Part shown: positions 9,433 through 18,752 of the stretch, piece by piece
Numbering within the stretch: position 1 is the stretch's first letter
Layout of the letters: each line of letters starts with the position of its first letter
Source of the DNA: Verrucomicrobiota bacterium
GTDB taxonomy: Bacteria > Verrucomicrobiota > Verrucomicrobiia > Limisphaerales > CANJXF01
Direction of reading: 5' to 3'
DNA: 59,933 bases
Assembly (NCBI GenBank): GCA_038214755.1
Contig: JBBQRQ010000019.1
Span: 1-59,933 of the forward strand
Program-made: the position numbers and the translations under genes
Notes under the pieces: generated by a model
Told to the model about the DNA's origin: nothing
Database searches by the model: none
What the model saw: only the letters and a program-made list of their open reading frames with translations

Positions 9433-9503
9433 GGAGCGCCGATTTCCTAATCGGCATGGCTGGACGCTCCATGGCCGCGAGCCGAACAGGAGTTCGGCGT
9501 TCC
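9433..9503. repeat. REP-like hairpin, family B (GGA[GA]CGCCGATTTCC...GGAGTTCGGCGTTCC)
   Basis: Same core at 34939-35011 and 36174-36246; lies between convergent stop codons. Confidence 0.85.
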
Positions 9504-9557
9504 GTTTGCAGAATACCATTCCGGAAATATAACTTTGAGAAACGATCCGGATTCCTT

Positions 9558-10178
9558 TCAAAGTTCAATATCTTCCGGGCGCACTTCCAAACATTCGTCC
9601 TGATCTTCCCAGACGATGGTCGGATAAAATTCGAGAAATTTCGGAGCGAGTTCGCCCCCGGCAATCGCCAATAATTTTTCCGCTTTTTGCGCGGCGTTTT
9701 CGCACGCGCGTTCGTAATCGCTGACGGTCTTGCGCTGTCGATCTTCCCAGTGCGCCACCGCGTGAACGGGCGCGTATTGGTCAGCCCACTTTTTTATTTT
9801 TGATTGGAGCGCGTCAGGAATTTCTTCAAAGGGAACCGCCGCGCCATTGCAATGTTGGCAAACCAAACCGGAATCCAAAATGTCCCGCGTCAAAAGCGGA
9901 AGCAACGGCGCGCGGCAACAGGGCGACTCAGGATAAGCGGACGGCGCGGAAGCGAGACGCTTCAACCAAATCTGGCGGTCATGGGCGAGTTGCGCCGCGA
10001 GACGATACGCGCCAAGCAACGGGTGCGACATCCGCCAGGCCGCGCCTTCGAGTTGGCCGAGGGTCTGCGCCATCCAACGCGCGAGGGTGTGGTCGTCAAA
10101 GTTTTTGAAGACGAGACTGTATTCCAACCAAAGTCGGTCCAGCGGCGAATCCTCATCTGCATCGGGAATGTTAGCCAT
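9558..10178 (-). CDS. Hypothetical cytoplasmic protein with putative Zn-binding CC...CxxC motif
   Basis: SPCCRAP and VCQHCNG; starts 2 nt after upstream stop codon. Confidence 0.75.
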   Translation of the reverse strand: MANIPDADEDSPLDRLWLEYSLVFKNFDDHTLARWMAQTLGQLEGAAWRMSHPLLGAYRLAAQLAHDRQIWLKRLASAPSAYPESPCCRAPLLPLLTRDILDSGLVCQHCNGAAVPFEEIPDALQSKIKKWADQYAPVHAVAHWEDRQRKTVSDYERACENAAQKAEKLLAIAGGELAPKFLEFYPTIVWEDQDECLEVRPEDIEL

Positions 10179-10180
10179 GA

Positions 10181-11026
10181 TTATTGGGCGCGCGGAATTT
10201 CAAACGTGAAATTGATCGGGGCGGATTTTCCATCAACCACCGTCACGTCCTTCGCCAACTTGCCTGCCTTGCGATGATACGCTTCGACAACGTATTTTCC
10301 CGCTGGAACATTTTTCAAATGAAACGTTCCGTCCGCGCCGGATACCGCAAAAAACGGATTTTCCACCACACCCACATACGCATACATCCACGGATGAATG
10401 TCACATTTGTAAGTGAGGAAAATTTCAGGATTCTCAAAGGTGTATTCGTAATCTTTGCCTTTAGGCATTTGCGCTCTGTTGGATTCCTGGTTGCCGGCAA
10501 CTTTCGGGAGCGGATGAACGTTGTGCATCACTGGATCAGAATTTCGCACGAGCAATTTTTGTTTGGTTTGAAGACCGATGACGTAGGGAGTGTATTCGCA
10601 ACCAACCTGGTCGAGCAGAATCGGCGCGGCCGGCGGATCAAAAGTTTTTCCGCTTAATCCTTCTTTGATGTAAACAAAAACGTCCGCGAGCGCCCCGTTA
10701 TCGCCAACGACGTAGAGCCGCGTCTTGGGAATTGTCGCGTGCAATTTCCCGCAAGTCGGTTCCATGGCGATCTCGCGTTCCGGCGGAGGCGCGCCTTGCA
10801 AAATAATTTTTCCGGAAATGCCGGGAGTCAACGCAGATTTGTTTTCCTCGGACTCAGTCGTTGCGTTGGTCGCGAACAAATTTGTTTTTTCCAAAATTGG
10901 CGCGGCACTGGTGGAAGATCCCGAAGCCAATGGAGTTTCTTCTTTTGGGCGGCATCCACCCAAAAGAATCGCGCCAACCAAAACCGCGGAAAAACAGATT
11001 TGGAACAACCTCTCTTCTAGTTGCAT
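10181..11026 (-). CDS. Lipoprotein with cupredoxin-like (type 1 Cu) and carboxypeptidase-regulatory-like domains
   Basis: Lipobox LLGGC; DQVGCEYTPYV, NSDPVMHNVH, KCDIHPWMYAYV; DGTFHLKNVPAGKYVVEAYH. Confidence 0.82.
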   Translation of the reverse strand: MQLEERLFQICFSAVLVGAILLGGCRPKEETPLASGSSTSAAPILEKTNLFATNATTESEENKSALTPGISGKIILQGAPPPEREIAMEPTCGKLHATIPKTRLYVVGDNGALADVFVYIKEGLSGKTFDPPAAPILLDQVGCEYTPYVIGLQTKQKLLVRNSDPVMHNVHPLPKVAGNQESNRAQMPKGKDYEYTFENPEIFLTYKCDIHPWMYAYVGVVENPFFAVSGADGTFHLKNVPAGKYVVEAYHRKAGKLAKDVTVVDGKSAPINFTFEIPRAQ

Positions 11027-11032
11027 GGGCGG

Positions 11033-11061
11033 ACTCTATTTTGCACCGCTGGATTTTGCAA
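11033..11061 (-). promoter_or_regulatory. sigma70-like promoter, leaderless
   Basis: Minus strand TTGCAA (11061-11056) - 17 nt - TAGAGT (11038-11033) - 6 nt - ATG 11026. Confidence 0.65.
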
Positions 11062-11153
11062 TCGCTGGGATAACTTCGGGGTGCGGCGGCAGGACTCCGC
11101 TTTTCCTGCGCTTCTCGCTGAGACCTGTCCCGCCGTTCCAAATGAAAATTCTT

Positions 11154-11197
11154 GCCTTCGGCCTTCGGATTTCTTTCGGCCTTCGGATTTCGGGTTT
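11154..11197. repeat. Heptamer tandem array (AAATCCG/AAGGCCG on minus strand)
   Basis: Minus strand AAACCCGAAATCCGAAGGCCGAAAGAAATCCGAAGGCCGAAGGC, nearly the same as 58428-58470; begins at the coaE stop. Confidence 0.8.
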
Positions 11198-11780
11198 AAC
11201 AGTATCCTCCGATGATGCGATCCAACTGAGCAGCGTGAACTTCCAAGGCGGTGTCGGTCCAAACAACAACGTCGGCTTGCGCCATTTTTTTTTCAGCGGG
11301 CCATTGCGCGGCGAGGCGTTGCTTTATTTGTTCGTCATTCCAGCGATCGGAAAGCCTTTTCCATTGCGTGCCCGGCGAACAAGCGACGCAAATGACGGTG
11401 TCAAATTCCGATTGCGCGTTGGTTTCAAACAACAGTGGAATGACCACAGCCCCAGCAGCGTGGCCTTCTACGCGCCATTTTTCCACTTCGGCTTGCCATA
11501 GTTTTCGAATTCGCGGATGCAGAATAGCTTCGAGCTTTTCCAAAGCAGACTTGTCGGAAAAAACTTTGCGGGCCAATTCATCGCGTCTCAGTTGGCCAGT
11601 GGCAGCAATTACTTCATTACCAAACGCACTTCTGATTTCATCTAACGCCGGTTGTCCAGGTTCAACAACTCGGCGAGCTAACAGGTCGGTGTCAATGACG
11701 GGCCAGCCGCGTTGCGCAAGCAAGCGGGCAGAGGTGGATTTGCCCATGCCAGTGCCGCCGGTTATTCCGAAGAGTTTCAT
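11196..11780 (-). CDS. coaE: Dephospho-CoA kinase
   Basis: GITGGTGMGKST P-loop, IDTDLLAR, LEAILHPRI, IPLLFE. Confidence 0.96.
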   Translation of the reverse strand: MKLFGITGGTGMGKSTSARLLAQRGWPVIDTDLLARRVVEPGQPALDEIRSAFGNEVIAATGQLRRDELARKVFSDKSALEKLEAILHPRIRKLWQAEVEKWRVEGHAAGAVVIPLLFETNAQSEFDTVICVACSPGTQWKRLSDRWNDEQIKQRLAAQWPAEKKMAQADVVVWTDTALEVHAAQLDRIIGGYC

Positions 11781-11952
11781 CGTGGTAATGGTTCCAATGT
11801 CTCCATCGTCTTCAGAAGCGCGGGCTTCCGTCCGCTGCCGGGTGACAGACCGATGGGTGTGCGATGATTGTAAGTCGTGATTGAATCGAAGCGGAATAAA
11901 TTCCGCGCTCCAGTTCGCGTTACGTTGCTGTCTCAAACTGCATGGCTCCGGG

Positions 11953-14900
11953 CTAAGGAAGCCGCACTGCGCGATAGAAGCGGGACTGGTAACTGGCCGC
12001 AGCCGTATCAGTGAAGATAAACATGCCATTGCCTCCGGCGGTGTTCGTGCTCACAGCAACCCACGTGGTCAAATTGGTAGAAGCATCGATTCTATAAGTC
12101 GCGCCCGCTTGACCGGATAGGACCAATTGGAAACTCCCATTGGAGAGGACGGCGGCGGAACCAAGCCTGGCCGCTGGCGCGGATTGCACGAGAGTGGAAG
12201 TTTGCGCGCTATTGTTGCCGAGATAGAGATCAACCTCGTTAGCAGCGATACTGGCAAGGTTACTAACCGTTCCAGCGATGGTGGGCGTGACAGTGAAGAC
12301 TGCTGTAGCGCTTGAACCAACATTCAACGCGCCGAGGGCGAACGTAGCCGTTTGACCTACAATCCCGCTATCTCCTTGAGAGGATGAAGTAGAGAACGGA
12401 CTTACGCCCGCAGGCAATGTGTCCGTAACCACTACCGATGTCGCTGTCCCCGGTCCCTGGTTGGAGACGACAATGGTATAGACCAAATGACCTTGAACCA
12501 CCACCGGGTCCGGCGCATCGGTCATTGTCACCGAGAGGTTGGCCGCTGGGTTAACGGTGTTGACGGTAATTAAGGCAAGACGCCATCCGCCGGAAATACT
12601 TCCCGCGTCACCCACTGCGTCGTCATTAACATAGAGAGACCAGACACCATTGGGATTGCCCCCGTTCATGGCAGACAAGGTGCCAGCATAAGGCGCGGCC
12701 GGAGCCGGAGAAGGAAGCGAGTCGCCCGATTCAAAATCGGTGGGTCGAAATGTTCCGGAGGAAATCTGAGTGGCGTCTGGCAATGCTGCTCCAGAATCAT
12801 CGAAGGTCAGGTTCACGGCGGACAAGGCATGAGCGCCACCCGCATCCGACATCAGCATGACCTTCCCACCACTCGGCGATACCAGCATGATGTCGAGGTC
12901 ATCCGGGAATGAATGAGATAACCCATTCAAGGTGACTGCTACTTTGCTAACAAGGCCGCTGGCTCCGGAAATAGTAATGGTTGAAGGGTAAGGTGTGGCT
13001 GGGCCGCTATTGGCAATGGAAATGGATGCGCCATTGGTAAAGTTAGTGTGCTGCGGTAAAGCGAAGGTATAGGCCACGTTCCCCCGATTAACTGCGCCGT
13101 CCTGTAGCTGGAGAGTGGCGGTGATTGTTCCGCTGCTGGCAGAAGAAGCAGTAAAGGTAAAGTTGCGCGAAACGGCAGGTCCATCGCTGATCAAAACGCC
13201 ATAAGTTTGCGAAGTCGAAGGCGCCGCAACTCCACCGGTCGCAAGCAAGGTCGCAACAAGGTTGGTGGTATTGGCGGTTCCAATATTCGCCAGGGCAAAC
13301 GCGATGGTTACCGTCTCTCCTGGGTCAACCGTGCCGTTTGGAGGTGAGCTTTCGGAAATCAAAGTCGATCCGCTCGCCACAATGTTCGGCGAAGGGTTGG
13401 CGACCAGGCTTATGACACTCGCTGAATTATTCGCGCTGTTCGAATCATTCGCAGCGCTGACTACGTTGGCTGTGTTTGTAATCGCCCCGGTAGTAACCGG
13501 TGTCACAGTAATTGAAACCGATGCCAGGCTGCCCGGCGGGATACTACCGATGGAACAAGTCACTACTCCGGCGGAGTTGGAACAAGTGCCTTGCGAAGAA
13601 TTTGCCGAAACAAAAGTCGTGCTGGAAGGCAGCCTGTTCGTAACGACTATTCCGCTGGCCGTCTCTGGTCCGTTGTTGGCCACGACCAAGGTATAGGTGA
13701 GGTTGCGGCCTACCACTGGATTAGGTGTCGCAGAGAGCGTGAGACCCAGGTCAGCGACCGGCAAGACAACGGACGCTAATACGGTGACGGAATTATTGAT
13801 GGCATTTACATCCGTTTCATTGGCGGAAACTACTGCGGTATTGGTAAGCGTGCCTGCGACAGTGGGTCGAATGACAATAGTTACGCTGGCATTACTCCCT
13901 GAAGCCAGGTTACCGAGGTTACCGATGATGGTCGAGCCATTGACCACGACCGGTTGCGACGCGGAGACAAAGGTCGCGCCTGAAGGAAGATCGTTGCTTA
14001 AAATAACACTGTTGGCGATGTCAGGCCCGTTATTTACGGCGGAGAAGGTAAAGGAAGCATCTTGATTGACGACAACTGAATTGGGCGGATTAACCGCCGT
14101 GACTGCCAGGTCCGCAACCTTGTTGACGGGTGAAACGGTAGTAATAGCCACACTCCAACCACCCGCGATATTCCCCAAGTCGCCACTAGTGTCATCGACC
14201 ACGTAGAGCGACCATACGCCATTGGGCGAAGTTCCATCCAACCCATGCAGCAATGCGTCATAAGGTCCAACCGGAGCGGAAGGGAAGGTATCACTGGGAG
14301 AATAATCCGCCGGCCTGAACGTGCCGGAGACAATTTGGTCCGCATCGGCGAGCGGCGAGGACGCATCGGGATCAAGAGTCAAGGTCACGTCGGTCAATCC
14401 ATTTCCACCACCGGCATCGGACATCAGCAATACCTTTCGGCCAGTTGGGTCAACCAACAAAACATCAATGTCATCGGGATAGGTATGGTTAATACGATTG
14501 AGCGAAACCGTTACCTTACTCACCAGGCCGGTCACTCCGGACACGGTGATTTGCGATGGGTAAGGAGAAGCATTCCCGATGGTTGGGATGACAATCGCAT
14601 TGGTATTGGTAAAGGTGTTGAGGGTCGGCAGAACAAAGTTGAAATTAACGTTGGTTACTGGGCCCGAACCATCCTGAAGTCGCAAGGTCGCCGTAATGGT
14701 CTGACCGTAGGAGCCGCTCGCTGTAAAGCTGAAGGTTCTCGCGACAGATGTTCCCCCCGCCGCGACGGAGCCATAACTCTGCGCGCCACTGGGAGAAGTG
14801 ACCCCGCTGCCGGCGAGCAAGGTGGCGATAAGGTTGGTCGTGTTGACGTTGCCGGCATTGCGCAAGCTGAGTTCCACACTGACGGTTTCTCCAAGGTCGA

Positions 14901-17900
14901 TTGTTCCGTTGGCGGGCGATTGGCTTTCCGCCGTCAAGCGAGAACCTGCTGGAGTGATAAAAACAAAAGGCGCGGCAGATACCGCAGTCCGGCTTGCGCT
15001 ATTATTGCCCGAATCGGGATCGCCCTCTGCCGCCGAAACATTGGCGGTCAAAATTATATCTTGCGGAGTCTGAGGCGGCGCGGTTACTACAATAGTTATC
15101 GTCGCGCCGCTGCCACCCAGCAGCGTTCCCAGCGAGGCGCTATACGAATTGCCGGAGCGAGAAAAGCTTCCCTGCGAAAGAGAGTTAGTCACAAAGGTAG
15201 CGTTGGCCGGCAATGAACCATTGACCGTCACAGCATTCGCCACATTAGGCCCCCGGTTAGTGACGGTGATGACAAAAGTAACGTTGCTGCCTACCACCAC
15301 TGGATGCGGAGTGTCTATTATAGTCACCCCCAGGTCGGCCGAAGGAGCAACGGTAGTGGTAGCAGTGGCTACGTTGTTGGCTGGAATCAAGTCGGCCTCA
15401 TTCGCCACGACGCGAGATGTCGCCGTTATAGTCCCGATGCTACCCGGCCTGACGACGATAGTCACGAGCGCGCCACCGCCGTTGGTGATGGCGCCCAGGC
15501 TATAAATAATCGTCCCGCCCGTACTAACAAAAGTTCCCTGGGTCGAGGAAGCAGAGACAAACGTGGCACTGGCCGGCAACGTGTTGGTTAGTTTGATACC
15601 TGTCGCCGCGACAGGCCCGCGGTTAGTTACGGCTATGGTATAAGTCAAAGTTGATCCCACCCCGACCGGGTCCGGCGAATCGACTATGGTTACCCCGAGG
15701 TCCGCGGAAGGTTGCACGACTTGCGTGAATACCGTTACGCTATTGTTCGATGGGTCGGCATCGGTCTGCTCAGAACTCACCGTAGCTGTCGAGGAAATGC
15801 TCCCTGTCGCAGTAGGTCTGACGGTCACGGCGGTCGTAGCCGTGCCGCGCGCGCTGATCCTCCCGTAATTGGCGGTGACGACTCCTCCCGATTGCGAAAC
15901 ATTGCCCTGCGAATTTGTTGCCGTAACGAAGACAACTCCCGGCGGCAGGGATTGGCTCAAGACAACCGACTTCGCCGTGCTAGGTCCACCATTGGTGACA
16001 GTGATGAAATAGGTCAAGTTACTTCCCACGACGACGGGATCAGGGAAGTCAACCATACTCACGCCCATGTCTGAGCCGGGACATTCGCCACCGCCGTCGG
16101 TGCAAGTTATCGGAGACAAAAACAATGACCAGCAGTGAAGCGCGCCAATATCGATCGGCACTTCATCTATAACACGAAGCTTCCACGTTCCGTTGGCATT
16201 CAAGCCGGTCTTCAGGTTAAAAGTGGAAAGGGGTTGGTCAGGTGCGAAGGCTCCGATAAAAGGCGGGTTTCCAGCGGAGATAGCCAGGCTGGCGGAGTCA
16301 TCAAAGGTAGTGCGACTAGTGTCCGGGTTACAGCTACTGCCGAAGTTATCTCCCGAAAGTCCGTTGTTCTGTGAAAGGTTGACCGTCGTGCCGTCGGGCG
16401 CGATGAGTTGGATCAACAAGTCTGAATCATAAGTGTGGGTGAGATATAATCCGACCGTGACCTTGCCGACGCTCCCGCTGAAGTTTGAAACCACGATGGG
16501 TGAACTTATGCCGATGGGGTTTGCATCCGGAATTTGAAAGACTGTGTTATTATCAAGGCGGATAGGAGCACCGATCACACCCGATGGAAGATGGATAAGA
16601 TTTGTCCGGCTATCCACGTCTGATTTTATAACAAGCGTCAGATCCACGGTGGTGCCGCAAATAAATTCCGGAGAGGTGCTGATTCTATACGGAATAAAGT
16701 TGACTCCAGTGCCTCCGACCGGAATATCTGGAAAAGTAGAAACGGACTGCGCGATGATTACACCGAGATTTGTGCTCGTCAAAATCCCTTCTACTCCCGT
16801 GGCAGTTGCCCGCCCACTATTGGTAAGAGTCACGGTCAAAGTATTGCACTCGTTAAAGTCAATCAACCCATTGCCGTTGCCGCCGGCCAACGTATTAGTC
16901 AGTAGAAATAGGTTAGGCCGTGGAATAGGTATCGGCAGGAATTGTAGAGCCGGCAAAGCCATCACGATGCCGATACCGGAATTGTCGTCCCGGCCAGCCC
17001 CCTCTATATCAAGCGATGTGTTAGTGAACGCATTTCGGATTTGCGCTGCGCTCAAGCTTGGATCATAGGATTTGAGCAATGCTGCAACTGCGCCGGCATG
17101 AGGAGCTGCGGCAGATGTGCCAAAGAAAGGGTTCAAGCCGGAATTGGATGGCAAGGTAGTGACTACTCCATCTGCTGCAGCAATGTCTGGCTTTAAGCGC
17201 ACAGCGCCGCCCGTCGATAAAAAATTTCCAGGAGTGACGGCTGAACCGTCGGCGTTATAGAAAAATCTTCGAGGCCCATCCGAGCTAAAGGTCTCGACCG
17301 GATTTTGCGCGCCGCCAATAAACGGGTTGGGGAACGATGTCGCTGCATTCACCGCCCCAACGGCAAAGGCATCCACTGCAGCACAGTGACCTTTAATATT
17401 GCCCGCCGTGCTGATGCTCAATCTCCCACCAATAGTATCCATGTGCAGATAGCGCGCGTCACCCGATGCCTTGACGATGACCAGTCGCTCCCCGGTGGCC
17501 GGAGAGGAAACGATTTCAAAAGGATCTTGAGTTCCGTCCTGAATATTAATGGAGCTTCTCCGAATGTTCGCGCCCGTCGAATCCAAAACATAGAGATCAT
17601 AATCATTGGTCGAAGCGCCCAACGGATCGGACCAAAACAAGACCGTGGCAGATCCAGGCCGGTTGCAGACATTGTAGGCTTGCGTGCCGAAGCTATGCAA
17701 AACTCCGCCTTTTCCATTGACGGGCGCACCCGCTGCGCCGCCATCGGCAAAGTCCCCTTCCCAGGTGCCGGCCGTATTATCTTTTTTATTTCCTTCATTT
17801 CCGGCGGCGGAAAAATAGAGCGCGCCATCGGCGGCCACGCTAGTCACCGCCTGGGCAATAATGCCGTCTTGAAAGGGCGATTCATTGAAATAAAACACAT

Positions 17901-18717
17901 CATCAATAATCACGTCGCAGCCGGCAGCGCGAAGGTTAAGAATATTTTGAGCGAAACCACCAGCGCCACTGAACGCCGTGGCAAAGTAAAGTTTTGAGCC
18001 CGGCGCCAGATCATGGACTATTTCCAACATGGCAGTTCCTTCTCCGCTTGCAGGAACGCCACTTTGTCCTGGCAAGATCACGAGGTCAGACGGCAAATCT
18101 CCCAGCGATTGAGAATTGGCGAGAAAGTCCACACTATCGGAGAGAACTCCCACGTTTACTCCCGAACCATCTACCACGAAGTTTGTTCTCGCGGTATCGG
18201 CGGAATGAGTCGCGTCTCCTTGTGAGGTAACACTGCCGGTATTAGTAATAGCTTGAACTGCGGGACGGATAAATTTTACATCGCCGGACTCGGCAATCAC
18301 CTCGACCTGATCTAAAGAAATAACCGCGCGAAGGGTATGAAAATTGGGCGTGCTGCTAATGACTTTTCCTCCATTGGCATTGATCAGATTTAACAAAGCG
18401 CCAGTGATATTGCCATCTATATCCACCATCACCTGGCCATTGGCTTCAAATTTAACATTAGCCCTCAGTTGCGGCACACCCGCAATGGGTTCATTGCGAC
18501 TTTCTTTAAGGGCTAGGGTCAATTGCGAATCGATTTTTCGAGCGAGAGGTGGAAGAGATTCCTTAAATGCGCGCAACGCGCTGATTTGTTGCAAGGCAGA
18601 GTCGCTGAGATTTTCGGCCGAACTCATCAGCACTGATCGGCAAAAAAGACCGGCGCAAACCCAGCCTATTACGAGAAAGCGGATGCATCTACCAAGTGAG
18701 CCATTCAATATGTTCAT
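11953..18717 (-). CDS. Giant secreted S8/S53-like serine protease with 3 P-domains, 6 DUF11 Ig-like repeats and C-terminal export/sorting-like tail (2254 aa)
   Basis: Signal peptide and prodomain; VGVLSDS, EGTAMLE, SAAGNEG, KPDIAAADG, FFGTSAAAPH; three H(T/S)(Y/F)xDxDI..NG.W.L.V.D P-domains; six (A/S)(D/N)(L/M)xV..P.PV..G..LTY repeats; tail YRIDASTNLTTW..FYRA. Confidence 0.9.
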   Translation of the reverse strand: MNILNGSLGRCIRFLVIGWVCAGLFCRSVLMSSAENLSDSALQQISALRAFKESLPPLARKIDSQLTLALKESRNEPIAGVPQLRANVKFEANGQVMVDIDGNITGALLNLINANGGKVISSTPNFHTLRAVISLDQVEVIAESGDVKFIRPAVQAITNTGSVTSQGDATHSADTARTNFVVDGSGVNVGVLSDSVDFLANSQSLGDLPSDLVILPGQSGVPASGEGTAMLEIVHDLAPGSKLYFATAFSGAGGFAQNILNLRAAGCDVIIDDVFYFNESPFQDGIIAQAVTSVAADGALYFSAAGNEGNKKDNTAGTWEGDFADGGAAGAPVNGKGGVLHSFGTQAYNVCNRPGSATVLFWSDPLGASTNDYDLYVLDSTGANIRRSSINIQDGTQDPFEIVSSPATGERLVIVKASGDARYLHMDTIGGRLSISTAGNIKGHCAAVDAFAVGAVNAATSFPNPFIGGAQNPVETFSSDGPRRFFYNADGSAVTPGNFLSTGGAVRLKPDIAAADGVVTTLPSNSGLNPFFGTSAAAPHAGAVAALLKSYDPSLSAAQIRNAFTNTSLDIEGAGRDDNSGIGIVMALPALQFLPIPIPRPNLFLLTNTLAGGNGNGLIDFNECNTLTVTLTNSGRATATGVEGILTSTNLGVIIAQSVSTFPDIPVGGTGVNFIPYRISTSPEFICGTTVDLTLVIKSDVDSRTNLIHLPSGVIGAPIRLDNNTVFQIPDANPIGISSPIVVSNFSGSVGKVTVGLYLTHTYDSDLLIQLIAPDGTTVNLSQNNGLSGDNFGSSCNPDTSRTTFDDSASLAISAGNPPFIGAFAPDQPLSTFNLKTGLNANGTWKLRVIDEVPIDIGALHCWSLFLSPITCTDGGGECPGSDMGVSMVDFPDPVVVGSNLTYFITVTNGGPSTAKSVVLSQSLPPGVVFVTATNSQGNVSQSGGVVTANYGRISARGTATTAVTVRPTATGSISSTATVSSEQTDADPSNNSVTVFTQVVQPSADLGVTIVDSPDPVGVGSTLTYTIAVTNRGPVAATGIKLTNTLPASATFVSASSTQGTFVSTGGTIIYSLGAITNGGGALVTIVVRPGSIGTITATSRVVANEADLIPANNVATATTTVAPSADLGVTIIDTPHPVVVGSNVTFVITVTNRGPNVANAVTVNGSLPANATFVTNSLSQGSFSRSGNSYSASLGTLLGGSGATITIVVTAPPQTPQDIILTANVSAAEGDPDSGNNSASRTAVSAAPFVFITPAGSRLTAESQSPANGTIDLGETVSVELSLRNAGNVNTTNLIATLLAGSGVTSPSGAQSYGSVAAGGTSVARTFSFTASGSYGQTITATLRLQDGSGPVTNVNFNFVLPTLNTFTNTNAIVIPTIGNASPYPSQITVSGVTGLVSKVTVSLNRINHTYPDDIDVLLVDPTGRKVLLMSDAGGGNGLTDVTLTLDPDASSPLADADQIVSGTFRPADYSPSDTFPSAPVGPYDALLHGLDGTSPNGVWSLYVVDDTSGDLGNIAGGWSVAITTVSPVNKVADLAVTAVNPPNSVVVNQDASFTFSAVNNGPDIANSVILSNDLPSGATFVSASQPVVVNGSTIIGNLGNLASGSNASVTIVIRPTVAGTLTNTAVVSANETDVNAINNSVTVLASVVLPVADLGLTLSATPNPVVGRNLTYTLVVANNGPETASGIVVTNRLPSSTTFVSANSSQGTCSNSAGVVTCSIGSIPPGSLASVSITVTPVTTGAITNTANVVSAANDSNSANNSASVISLVANPSPNIVASGSTLISESSPPNGTVDPGETVTIAFALANIGTANTTNLVATLLATGGVAAPSTSQTYGVLISDGPAVSRNFTFTASSASSGTITATLQLQDGAVNRGNVAYTFALPQHTNFTNGASISIANSGPATPYPSTITISGASGLVSKVAVTLNGLSHSFPDDLDIMLVSPSGGKVMLMSDAGGAHALSAVNLTFDDSGAALPDATQISSGTFRPTDFESGDSLPSPAPAAPYAGTLSAMNGGNPNGVWSLYVNDDAVGDAGSISGGWRLALITVNTVNPAANLSVTMTDAPDPVVVQGHLVYTIVVSNQGPGTATSVVVTDTLPAGVSPFSTSSSQGDSGIVGQTATFALGALNVGSSATAVFTVTPTIAGTVSNLASIAANEVDLYLGNNSAQTSTLVQSAPAARLGSAAVLSNGSFQLVLSGQAGATYRIDASTNLTTWVAVSTNTAGGNGMFIFTDTAAASYQSRFYRAVRLP

Positions 18718-18752
18718 AATACTTGCAAATTTGAATCAAGTTATCAAGGCCT

